Of a stretch of 64,000 nucleotides of DNA, positions 48,016 to 56,945 are shown piece by piece. The translations under genes and the position numbers were made by a program. Each line of letters opens with the position of its first letter. The stretch's first letter is position 1. The notes below the pieces were generated by a model that did not search any database, had not been told where the DNA came from, and saw only the letters and a program-made list of their open reading frames with translations. Source of the stretch: Candidatus Ligilactobacillus excrementigallinarum (GTDB lineage: Bacteria; Bacillota; Bacilli; Lactobacillales; Lactobacillaceae); contig DXFP01000007.1 of the NCBI GenBank assembly GCA_019114385.1, positions 2,354-66,353 of the forward strand. The letters run 5' to 3'.

Positions 48016-48111
48016 GTACAAAATGAGATTTTTATTAGAAAAGTGTGAAATTCTTAAACAAAAAAGACGACAACGTCTTATTACGTCATCGTCTTTCTTT
48101 TAATCAAAATT

Positions 48112-51100
48112 TTATTGTTGCTTGCGATAAACAATCATTCCGACTATTCCCACTAAAACAATTCCAGCAATTACTGCTAAAACTCCTTCAGCTTGGTCGC
48201 CAGTTTGCGGTAAGACACCTTGGCTCTTACCTTTTCCAGTTCCATTTTCACTGTTACCATTTTGCTTTCCTATACTTGTATCAGCATTGCTACTTGCACC
48301 TTGAGCAGAACTGCTGCTTGATTGTACCGGTGTTGCAACTGGAGCAAGCGGAGCAGTTGATGTTTCATTACTACTTGAAATTACATTCACACTTGAACTT
48401 GATGATTCAACTGGTGCAGGTACAAGTAATTGACTTGAAGTACTTGAACTCATTACTGGCGTAGGAATTGAAGCAGCTGTACTTGAGCTTGAATTCATTA
48501 CTGGTGTTGAAATTAAAGCGGCTGTACTTGAGCTTGAATTCATTACTGGTACTGACGTCTTTGAACTTGAGCTTGATACTGGAGTCAAAGTTTGTGAACT
48601 TGAACTGCTTTGCACTACCGGAACAATTATACTGTTGCTTGAAGATGCAGTAATACTACTTGAACTACTATTAATCAAACTTGATGAGCTTGATTTGCTG
48701 CTCGAACTGCTGCTTACCAAACTTGATGAGCTTGATTTACTGCTCGAACTGCTGCTTACCAAACTTGATAAGCTTGATTTGCTGTTTGAACTGCTGCTTA
48801 CCAAACTTGATAAGCTTGATTTGCTGCTTGAGCTACTAATTACCAAACTTGATGAGCTTGATTTACTGCTTGACAAACTTGATGAACTTGATTTACTGCT
48901 TGAACTTGATGATTGATTCTTTTCATCAACTAACTCATTATTGCTTGGTAAGTTTGAAGTTGCTTTACCATTCTTCAATGTTACTTGGTAAGTCTTAGTT
49001 AATTTTTCATAACCGCTTGGCGCATTCGTTTCGGTTAATGTGTAAGTTCCATCTGGAATATTTGTAAATGAAACTTTACCAGTGCTATCTGAAGTTGCTT
49101 TTTGTTCAAAACCATTGCCGCTCAAATTAAAGGTTGCACCTGCAAGCCCCTTCTTGGTATCACTTGCAATCTTAGTAAAACTGAAGTTACCTTTATATGC
49201 TTCATCTGTCCAAACTTTGGCATAAGTACTATTGTTCATTCCTAACATCGTTACTTTGCCGTTTTGGACATCCACTGATCCGGCACCTAAAGTATCAACC
49301 TTGTATCCATCTGGTGCCATGATTTCAACTAAAATGTATTGACCATTTGGCACGTTATTAAAGGTTACTGTTCCATCTGCATTTGAAGTTGCAGTTGCTA
49401 CAACTGTTCCTTCACTTGTCTGTGGATCATAAATTAAACTTTGTAATTGGAAAACGGCTCCTTGCAAACCTTTAGTATTATTAGCATTTGCTTTCTTAAA
49501 ACTGAAACTAGCTTCTGTTTGGTCAACCACAGTATAGTTGCCATTGCTGCCTTTTAAATCAGAGCTTGAAACTGTTCCGTCATTATTTACAGTTAAGTTA
49601 TATACCGTACCATCTGTTTGGTATCCAGTTGGTGCTTGGGTTTCTTGAACTGTATAGTTTCCAGGCTCCAAATTATCAAATACGGCATCACCATTTGTAT
49701 CTGTTGTCACATTACTTTGCAATCCGGTTTTACTGTTTGTCAAAGTAAATGTTGCTCCAGATAACGCTTTGCCGCTTGAGTTCGTCTTTTTAATCGTTGC
49801 CTTACCAACCGTCTTTTTATCTGTAATTTGCATAATCTTATTAGTTACAGTTTGGCCATCGTAAGTAATCTTTGGTTCGCCATTTTGAATCGTCACTGAA
49901 ATTGTTCCGTTGATCTTTTCATAACCAGTTGGTGCTTGAGTTTCACTAATTGTATAGGTTTTACCATTTGTTAATCCTGTGAAGGTAATCTTTCCATCTG
50001 CATCTGAAGTTGCATTTTCAGTCTTACCATTTCCTGTTAATTCAAATGTTGCACCTTGCAAATTATTACCTTGATCATCGACCTTTTGCAAAACAACCCC
50101 ATTCTTTGGAATTATTCCACTGATTCCGCCTGAAATTGACGTATTTGACACTGTCTTTGAAGTTTGGACAGACTTCTTTGAACCATCCGTTGTATTATAT
50201 GTCATTTTCGCACTATTTGATAATGATGGAATTGAGTGATCAGAAACCATTCCACGATAATCAATTTCCCATGCTGAACCATCTAACAAATCAGCATCAA
50301 ACGTAAATGTTACGGTTTGCGGAGTTGAAGAACTGACATCAATTGAGCCATTCAATTCGCTTTGGAATTGTTTATAGTTCAATACGGTTACGTTGCCGTA
50401 TTGGTCCTTAATTCGAAAAGCAAAAGTATTTTGATTAAATGTTTGGCCTTTACTTAAGTTATCTACGATTGAAATTTCACCAGTCCCATTGGGTGTAACT
50501 CCTGAAATTTGCCAGTTAACATTTCCACCAGTTCCCATGTAGCCGCTCTTTGTAAATTTCTGATTATTTACATCTACAGATGGCTTTACGGGAGCTCCGC
50601 CTGTTCCTTGACCTGTACCATGGTTAGAATTAATCGAAACCTTTGGCGGAGTAATGTTTGGTACACCCCAGTGTGTATTCACTGTGTGCGTAATTGTATT
50701 TCCATTCGTTGTCGATGTAGTTCCATTAGTTGTGGCATGTGCTTGGACAGTAAATGTAAACCATCCTTTAACGTCTTGCAAAGTTTGACCATCGATTCCG
50801 TTATTAAATATAATCTTTGCTTCGCCATTTGAAACATACACCGTTCCTAATGCTTGACCTTCATTGTTCATCAGTGTTTTCGTTGCAGTATAACCGACCA
50901 AAGCAGGCGGAAGCTTAATTTCAATATAATCTCCCGGTTGAATTTGATCTTCCTTCTTTTCGCTGAATGTTACTGTAATCTGTAAATTTTGCCCATTTGA
51001 TACTGTATTTTTATTTACAGAAATATTATCAATAATTGCAGGGTTTGCATCCGTCAGATTTTGGCCACCAGCCGCTTTGGCCATTTCAGGTCTCAAAATC

Positions 51101-51180
51101 AATAAGCTGAACCCCCCCACAATTAACAGCAGCATCCCTATAAACACTTTTTTAAATTTTGATGCTTGTTTATCTGTCAT
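48112..51180 (-). CDS. LPXTG-anchored adhesin: MSCRAMM-like N-terminal region, four Cna-B/SpaA-type repeats, ~270-aa serine-rich stalk
   Basis: Start ATG 51180 (MTDKQASKFKK...) lies 8 nt after GAGGAG; the ORF-track start at 51249 has no RBS. Signal peptide present. Repeats of the form GATFxL...DGKxTF...GxYxxxETxAPxGY. C-terminal LPQTGD plus a hydrophobic helix plus YRKQQ. Confidence 0.9.
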   Translation of the reverse strand: MTDKQASKFKKVFIGMLLLIVGGFSLLILRPEMAKAAGGQNLTDANPAIIDNISVNKNTVSNGQNLQITVTFSEKKEDQIQPGDYIEIKLPPALVGYTATKTLMNNEGQALGTVYVSNGEAKIIFNNGIDGQTLQDVKGWFTFTVQAHATTNGTTSTTNGNTITHTVNTHWGVPNITPPKVSINSNHGTGQGTGGAPVKPSVDVNNQKFTKSGYMGTGGNVNWQISGVTPNGTGEISIVDNLSKGQTFNQNTFAFRIKDQYGNVTVLNYKQFQSELNGSIDVSSSTPQTVTFTFDADLLDGSAWEIDYRGMVSDHSIPSLSNSAKMTYNTTDGSKKSVQTSKTVSNTSISGGISGIIPKNGVVLQKVDDQGNNLQGATFELTGNGKTENATSDADGKITFTGLTNGKTYTISETQAPTGYEKINGTISVTIQNGEPKITYDGQTVTNKIMQITDKKTVGKATIKKTNSSGKALSGATFTLTNSKTGLQSNVTTDTNGDAVFDNLEPGNYTVQETQAPTGYQTDGTVYNLTVNNDGTVSSSDLKGSNGNYTVVDQTEASFSFKKANANNTKGLQGAVFQLQSLIYDPQTSEGTVVATATSNADGTVTFNNVPNGQYILVEIMAPDGYKVDTLGAGSVDVQNGKVTMLGMNNSTYAKVWTDEAYKGNFSFTKIASDTKKGLAGATFNLSGNGFEQKATSDSTGKVSFTNIPDGTYTLTETNAPSGYEKLTKTYQVTLKNGKATSNLPSNNELVDEKNQSSSSSSKSSSSSLSSSKSSSSSLVISSSSSKSSLSSLVSSSSNSKSSLSSLVSSSSSSKSSSSSLVSSSSSSKSSSSSLINSSSSSITASSSNSIIVPVVQSSSSSQTLTPVSSSSSKTSVPVMNSSSSTAALISTPVMNSSSSTAASIPTPVMSSSTSSQLLVPAPVESSSSSVNVISSSNETSTAPLAPVATPVQSSSSSAQGASSNADTSIGKQNGNSENGTGKGKSQGVLPQTGDQAEGVLAVIAGIVLVGIVGMIVYRKQQ
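48677..48915. repeat. 42-bp tandem repeat (about 5.5 units) inside the adhesin gene
   Basis: The unit AAACTTGATGAGCTTGATTTGCTGCTCGAACTGCTGCTTACC repeats at 48677, 48719, 48761 and 48803, then partially at 48845 and 48875. It encodes LVSSSSSSKSSSSS-type units. Confidence 0.9.
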
Positions 51181-51352
51181 TTGTATTTCACTCCTCAGTA
51201 ACGCTTTTGAAAGCAAGCTTAAAATATCACTATCTGAGTATATCATCATTCGTTATTTATCGGATAATAATTACGACACATTTCTTAATTTTCAACATAT
51301 TCGCTAATTATTCTTAACCATTTTAAAAAAGTGAATAGACTTTTTAGAATAT

Positions 51353-51390
51353 AAAAAAACAGGAAACTGCAACAAATTGCAATTTCCTGT
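51353..51390 (-). terminator. Intrinsic terminator after srtA
   Basis: Minus strand ACAGGAAATTGCA-atttg-TTGCAGTTTCCTGT followed by TTTTTTT. Confidence 0.8.
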
Positions 51391-51504
51391 TTGATTGATT
51401 TACTTTGTAGTTGAATTCCAGACCAATCTGCCAACCATAAATACACAGCATTTCGAATATGCTACTAGCGTATGGTTAGTAAATTTATTAGTCTTTCATA
51501 TCCC

Positions 51505-52197
51505 TTATTTTTCAAATACCTTCAACGTTGACTTATTTGCATCTTGCACATCAGCCAATTCACCGCGTACAATAATCCGCGTCTTAACCCCTTCTTGACC
51601 TGATGAGCAAGTTACCAACGTAATCAACTTCTTGCCTGGAACATCATCGATCCATTGTACTTGGCTTTCGTTAACCGTAACTTTCCTTGTAACCTTGTAA
51701 GTATAAACCTTCTTACCATCCGTTACGTAAATTTTGGCCCCCACACCAATATTTTCCAATGGTCCAAACAAGATATTATTGTCTTCCATGTGGTGTCCAG
51801 CCAGTGCATAGTTGCCGATTTCACCCATTTGTTCATTAGGCTTCATCGTACCTGCACCCCGCATCAAATTGTTTTGAGCTAAACCGTAGAAGATTGGTAA
51901 GTGGATTCCCACCTCCGGAATCGCAATTTTACCAATTGAACCTTCTGTATTTGTTGCTGCAGCCTTTGCCACATCCTTTGTATCGATTGGTTTTACTGAT
52001 TCATAGTTAAAGTTTCCTTTCTTAGGGTGCTTCTTTTGAATCGGCTTATCTAATGCTGCGGTTGAAATATGATTAACCACAAATGATTTAATTTGTTCAT
52101 TGAAAATCAAAGCCAAACCAGCAACTGTTAATACTACAATTAAGATACTAAATAAGACTTTCTTTAATCTACCCGTTTTCTTTTTTTCTCTTTTCAT
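51505..52197 (-). CDS. srtA: Class A sortase
   Basis: N-terminal TM anchor, catalytic TLVTC motif, conserved His (AGHH) and a distal Arg (IVRGE). Start ATG 52197 lies 7 nt after TAGGAG. Confidence 0.9.
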   Translation of the reverse strand: MKREKKKTGRLKKVLFSILIVVLTVAGLALIFNEQIKSFVVNHISTAALDKPIQKKHPKKGNFNYESVKPIDTKDVAKAAATNTEGSIGKIAIPEVGIHLPIFYGLAQNNLMRGAGTMKPNEQMGEIGNYALAGHHMEDNNILFGPLENIGVGAKIYVTDGKKVYTYKVTRKVTVNESQVQWIDDVPGKKLITLVTCSSGQEGVKTRIIVRGELADVQDANKSTLKVFEK

Positions 52198-52224
52198 TTT
52201 TTTACTCCTATTAGTTAACTCCAA

Positions 52225-54873
52225 TTATTTACTGCTTTTTGCATCCTTTTTCGTCTTTTGTTTATCTTTTTTATTCAAGACAACCAAAATGCCAATACTT
52301 CCAATTGTAATGATAGTTCCTAAAATCAAGTATGGTGGGCAATAAGTAAAGGTTACTTTGTGCTTGCCGGCACTTAATGGAACTGCCAAGAATTCATTCA
52401 AAGCGGTCTTAGTCTTCACTGTCTTACCGTCTACCTTGACATGCCATCCCTTTTGAGCAGGAATTGTTGTCATCAAGACCTGTTTCTTAGGTGTATCAAT
52501 TGTTCCGCTAATTTTTGTATTGCTGAAGTGGGTAATCTTAAATGGATGATCATTCAATTTATTGATTACTGAGTCATACTTCTTCATATTCAAGTAATAT
52601 AATGCAAAACTGTCTAATTGCAAACTGTTGTTACCTAAAGTAATTGTTAAGGTTTGTTTCTTACCTTTTTGGTTACCTGGACTGACATTTAAGACCATTG
52701 GTGAATTAAAGTCAGAAGTTTGAGTAATTGATTGATTATTGATTGCAAATGAAGCTGCATTATTACTAAATGCTGGTCCAATTGTTAAGTAATATGGATT
52801 ATTAGTCTTTGGTGTAAATGGCATTTCAATTGTTGCAACTTGATTTTGATTCAACTTCGTATAGTTGTTATTACCTTCATCTTTCAAGTTGCTGTAAACT
52901 ACGCTCAAATTCTTATATGTGCCAAAAATCTTCAAGTTTTTATCGCCAGTTAATCCAGCCGCAATTGCATTTTGATTTTGAATAGGTGCTGCCGTTTGCA
53001 ACTTCACATCCAAAATATCTGGACTAGCAGCGAAACCTAATGGCAAGACCTTCAAATTTTGGAAGATGCTTACTTTTTCAGTTCCGTTAACTTGCGGATC
53101 ATTTGCCAAATCCATTCGGGTTGAATATGGTGTCAATACTGATGAAGAAGCATCGGTTTGATTCATCATATACTTGATTCCTAAGAATGAATCTGTAAAC
53201 AAGGTTCCGTTACTGTATGCCGTGTAGTTATCACCTGATGAATTTCCAATCTTATTCATGAATTCAGAAGTCTTTGGATAAAGCATTGAGTTAAATTCAT
53301 CTGTTCCGTAATAATTACATTGCATTGGATCGTCTTTTGAACGTTCAAACGTCTTGCTGATCCGATAAAATTCATTCTTACCTGGACGAATATCCTTTAA
53401 TGCATCGTTAACTGCAGAAATATAACCGGCAAAGTCGCTTTGTTTTACGTAATCAATCGGATTCAAACTCAAGGCGGCATTTGCTCCAATTTCTACAGTT
53501 GTTAAAGCTAATAATGATAATTTCAACCATTTCTTGATTGGATATGAAAGTAAAATCAAGAAACCCAGAATAATTACACTGCTGATTACAATATTTGTAC
53601 TCCTCAAGAAACCGAATTTCTTAATATTGAAGAAACTATATTCAACAATTCCGCCCAGCATGATAATACATAAAATCAGTTGTAATCTTGAGAGGCGTTC
53701 AAGTTTCAACAACCCGCGCGCTGCGATCAATATCAACCAGAAACATACAATGTATGAGAACCGGTATGGATACCATACTGGGAATTGCATTGCATGCCAG
53801 AATAAATCAAGCGGTTGATAGCAAAGCGAAAGAACAAAGAAGGCACTAACACCAAATGTTGCAACCTTTTCCTTAGTCTTAATTTGCTTGCTAGTGAAGT
53901 AACAAACAATTCCGATCAATACCAAAGTTCCAACAAAAATGTTTGGAGTTCCCTTTGGCATTTGATCAAAGTTAAAACCACCAACTAAGAACTTAGGCAA
54001 CATCTTCCAAGGTGAATAATCAAACTTCCATTGGAAAGATTTAGTATTATATTGGGCCTTAGTTCCTAAGATTTCAAAGAAGGTTGGCAATAACACAATG
54101 GCAGCCATTCCAGCACTCAACAATGAGCGTCCAATAAAACTGCGAATTACTTTCCACTTGCTTTGAATTTGATCACTGTGACGGACAAATGCCCAAATGA
54201 AATACAATACGGCAAAAATACATACCATGTATCCCATATAGTAGTTAGTTACCAATACAATTGCCAAAAATACTGGATAAACCCACTTACTGTGATTATC
54301 AAATAAGTTTTCAATTCCTAAAACAACCAGTGGTAAGAATACAACGGCATCCAACCACATAATGTTTAACATATTCGCAACCACAAAGCCGTTCAATGCA
54401 TATGTAATTGACAATGCAGGAACTAAATAACCTTTTTGCCATTTTTCCTTTAATAATAATTTACTAAAGGTCCAGCCGCTGCATCCGATTTTCAATAAAG
54501 TAACCAGCATTACCCCGAAAGTCAGCCATTTGCCTGGTGTGAACAGCAAAATTAAATTAAACGGGCTGAATAAGTAGTACGCCCATGTGCCCCACATACC
54601 TCCCCCTAAGGTATTTTGGAACGAATAGAATAATTCACTGAAATGATGCAGCAGTGTATTTCTAAAATATGAATAGAAATCGATGTACTGCTGTCCCATA
54701 TCAACTGTTAAAATTGAAGAATTCCCAAATGGAAACATTTTGCGGTACATAAAATAACCCAACATAATGATAACTGGAACTGTAAATGAAATCAGTTGCA
54801 GCATCCGTGAGTTATCTTTTTCTTGAATTGCACGCGAGTTTTTTGTTTTCCTATTTCTCACGTTGATACTCAC
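52225..54873 (-). CDS. yfhO: YfhO-family polytopic membrane protein (GT-C-like glycosyltransferase family)
   Basis: 882 aa: about 13 N-terminal TM segments, a large extracytoplasmic C-terminal domain and a final TM. Start is uncertain (GTG 54873 has a weak RBS; ATG 54804 is the alternative). Confidence 0.75.
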   Translation of the reverse strand: MSINVRNRKTKNSRAIQEKDNSRMLQLISFTVPVIIMLGYFMYRKMFPFGNSSILTVDMGQQYIDFYSYFRNTLLHHFSELFYSFQNTLGGGMWGTWAYYLFSPFNLILLFTPGKWLTFGVMLVTLLKIGCSGWTFSKLLLKEKWQKGYLVPALSITYALNGFVVANMLNIMWLDAVVFLPLVVLGIENLFDNHSKWVYPVFLAIVLVTNYYMGYMVCIFAVLYFIWAFVRHSDQIQSKWKVIRSFIGRSLLSAGMAAIVLLPTFFEILGTKAQYNTKSFQWKFDYSPWKMLPKFLVGGFNFDQMPKGTPNIFVGTLVLIGIVCYFTSKQIKTKEKVATFGVSAFFVLSLCYQPLDLFWHAMQFPVWYPYRFSYIVCFWLILIAARGLLKLERLSRLQLILCIIMLGGIVEYSFFNIKKFGFLRSTNIVISSVIILGFLILLSYPIKKWLKLSLLALTTVEIGANAALSLNPIDYVKQSDFAGYISAVNDALKDIRPGKNEFYRISKTFERSKDDPMQCNYYGTDEFNSMLYPKTSEFMNKIGNSSGDNYTAYSNGTLFTDSFLGIKYMMNQTDASSSVLTPYSTRMDLANDPQVNGTEKVSIFQNLKVLPLGFAASPDILDVKLQTAAPIQNQNAIAAGLTGDKNLKIFGTYKNLSVVYSNLKDEGNNNYTKLNQNQVATIEMPFTPKTNNPYYLTIGPAFSNNAASFAINNQSITQTSDFNSPMVLNVSPGNQKGKKQTLTITLGNNSLQLDSFALYYLNMKKYDSVINKLNDHPFKITHFSNTKISGTIDTPKKQVLMTTIPAQKGWHVKVDGKTVKTKTALNEFLAVPLSAGKHKVTFTYCPPYLILGTIITIGSIGILVVLNKKDKQKTKKDAKSSK

Positions 54874-55100
54874 CCCAATAACGTTTAATTTAAAAGAGAT
54901 TCATCGCATTGTCATAATTTATTAACTGCGAGAATCCCACTTTGTTTTTATTTTCTTATTGTAACATATATTGAGAGGTAACTCTGCATTTAACTAAGAG
55001 CTAATAAAAATTTTAACTAAAAAATTGCTGGAAATCATTGAACGTTATGTTAAAATTTAATTAGATAAGGATTAAATCCTAATGAAAGAAGGAATTATAC

Positions 55101-56420
55101 ATGACAGATAAGGATATTACTTTTAAAGATTTAACAGCCTTTGACGAAGATTTACAAAACACACCAGCATCAGCTGCATTAGGCCGTGCCGTTCAAGCTA
55201 ACGGGGTTATCAAAACTAGCCACAACTATGCTGCCAAGCGTGATTTAAGCCGTGTCTTTTCCATTGAATTAGAAACTGGCAGTGTTACGGCCCAAAAGAA
55301 AAGCGGTCGTTGCTGGTTATTCGCAACTTTAAATACTTTACGGCATGAATTTGCTGATAAATACCATGTTAAAGATTTTCAATTTTCACAAAACTACAAT
55401 TCATTCTTTGACCGTTTAGAAAAAGCAAACCACTACTTAGAAGAAATCATCCGCTTAGCTGATCGTCCTGCTGATGATCGTGAATTGCTCGAAGTCTTGA
55501 ACTGGAATGATAACGATGGCGGTCAATGGGCTAACGCCGCTGCATTAATTAACAAATATGGTGTAGTTCCTCAAAGTGTCATGCCTGAAACTTTCACTAG
55601 TGATCAAACTGATGACTTGAACTCATCACTGAATCTGAAGTTAAGCAAAGCAGCTATGACTTTGCGTGAAATGAAAGTCAACGGTGAAGATGACAGTGAG
55701 TTGCGCGATTACAAGAAACATGTTTTAAGCGATATTTACCGCATGCTAGTTTATGCATTTGGTCAACCACCAGTAAAATTTGATTTTGAATATCGCGACG
55801 ATGATCACAACTACCACATCGACAAAGATTTAACTCCAAAAACATTCTATGAAAAGTATGTTGTGCGCGACTTCAATGATTATGTTTGTTTATTAGATGC
55901 CCCAGATCACGAAATGGGTAAGAAATTTGGTTTACCAAGTCAAGACTATATTTATGATGAAAAGCACATTGAATTTTTAAATGTTGGTACGCAAGCATTG
56001 AAGGATGCGGTCATCGCTTCATTAAAAGCTGGTGAAACAGTTTGGTTTGGCTGTGATGTATTGCAAGATATGGATCGTCAAAAAGGCTACTTAGCACCTG
56101 AATTCTTCAAACAAGGCGAATTATTCAACACTGATTTGCAACTCAGCAAAAAAGAACGTTTGGCTTCTCGCAATGGTGAAGTTTCACATGCCATGACTTT
56201 CACTGGGGTTGACTTAGTTGATGGCAAACCAACTAAATGGAAAGTTGAAAACTCATGGGGCGATAAAGTTGGTGACAAAGGCTATTTCATTATGACTGAT
56301 GAATGGTTCGATAAGTATGTTTATGAAGTAATTGTTAATAAAAAGTATATTGACGAAACAGCTCGTAAAATCGATCAACAAACTAAGACTGATTTGCCTG
56401 CATGGGATAGTTTAAGATAG
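55101..56420 (+). CDS. pepC: Aminopeptidase C (bleomycin-hydrolase-type C1 cysteine peptidase)
   Basis: Active-site QKKSGRCWLFA, a later SHAMTFTG (His) and ENSWG (Asn). 439 aa. Confidence 0.93.
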   Translation: MTDKDITFKDLTAFDEDLQNTPASAALGRAVQANGVIKTSHNYAAKRDLSRVFSIELETGSVTAQKKSGRCWLFATLNTLRHEFADKYHVKDFQFSQNYNSFFDRLEKANHYLEEIIRLADRPADDRELLEVLNWNDNDGGQWANAAALINKYGVVPQSVMPETFTSDQTDDLNSSLNLKLSKAAMTLREMKVNGEDDSELRDYKKHVLSDIYRMLVYAFGQPPVKFDFEYRDDDHNYHIDKDLTPKTFYEKYVVRDFNDYVCLLDAPDHEMGKKFGLPSQDYIYDEKHIEFLNVGTQALKDAVIASLKAGETVWFGCDVLQDMDRQKGYLAPEFFKQGELFNTDLQLSKKERLASRNGEVSHAMTFTGVDLVDGKPTKWKVENSWGDKVGDKGYFIMTDEWFDKYVYEVIVNKKYIDETARKIDQQTKTDLPAWDSLR

Positions 56421-56461
56421 AAAATTAGAAGATGTTTTCCTGATACTGATAGAGAGATATA

Positions 56462-56506
56462 CACCCCAAATCTTGAACAAAAAATCTAAGATTTGAGGTG
56501 TTTTTT
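56462..56506 (+). terminator. Intrinsic terminator of pepC
   Basis: CACCCCAAATCTT-gaacaaaaaatct-AAGATTTGAGGTG followed by TTTTTT. Confidence 0.85.
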
Positions 56507-56618
56507 AATATCCAAGAATCTTAATAGGCGTAATGCACTATTAAGTTTCACGTGTTTTTGACTTGAAATTTTTCCGTCTCTATCACGCATAATTAATAAT
56601 ATCTGGTTCTCGGTGATA

Positions 56619-56784
56619 AAGGGTGTGACAAAACACCTTAAACAGGCATGTTGCAAGGAAAAAACCAAACGAATTACATAGTATTGATTCGAAGGTTTTT
56701 GAATTTACAGACATGCCTGTTTGTTTCGGAACCCGATTATACGGATATAGAAATAGAGGCTGTACTTATGTCACAACCTCTTTG
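56619..56784 (+). repeat. Family-1 repeat, copy I (full length; lies after pepC's own terminator)
   Basis: AAGGGTGTGACAAAACACCTTAAACAGGCATGTTG...AACGAATTACATAGTATTGATTCGAAGG...ACAGACATGCCTGTTTGTTTCGGAACCCGATTATACGGATATAGAAATAGAGGCTGTACTTATGTCACAACCTCT. Confidence 0.92.
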
Positions 56785-56835
56785 ATATATATAATGAATT
56801 TTACTCCATATTTGACCTCTTTAGGCTTGGGGCTT

Positions 56836-56861
56836 GAAAAACTAGCGAACCATGCTAGTTT
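56836..56861 (-). terminator. Intrinsic terminator downstream of the 136-aa membrane protein gene
   Basis: Minus strand AAACTAGC-atggttc-GCTAGTTT followed by TTC. Confidence 0.55.
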
Positions 56862-56945
56862 CATAATACTCATAATCAACCTCATTCAATAATTTAAGTT
56901 TTTCCATTCTATCACCTTCAATCTGTAACAAAATGAACTCAAATT

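Noticed and set aside
48045-48916. Plus-strand ORFs 48045-48464, 48468-48653 and 48635-48916 (Leu/Glu/Asp-rich, for example LLELLLTKLDELDLL)
   Set aside because: They are the antisense reading of the serine-rich tandem-repeat region of the minus-strand adhesin. They have no RBS and their periodicity simply mirrors the 42-bp repeat.
1408-56784. Whether the dispersed repeats could be a CRISPR array or tRNA/rRNA-derived sequences
   Set aside because: The copies are tens of kb apart, are not separated by uniform spacers and occur on both strands, and no cas genes are present. There is no cloverleaf or anticodon-arm structure and no similarity to rRNA that I can recognise.
56842-56907. A 21-codon minus-strand ORF (MEKLKLLNEVDYEYYETSMVR) with RBS AAGGTG between the 136-aa gene and its terminator
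   Set aside because: It is too short to evaluate, its 3' end is formed by the terminator hairpin, and it could be the remnant of a truncated gene in the decayed islet. I did not call it as a CDS.
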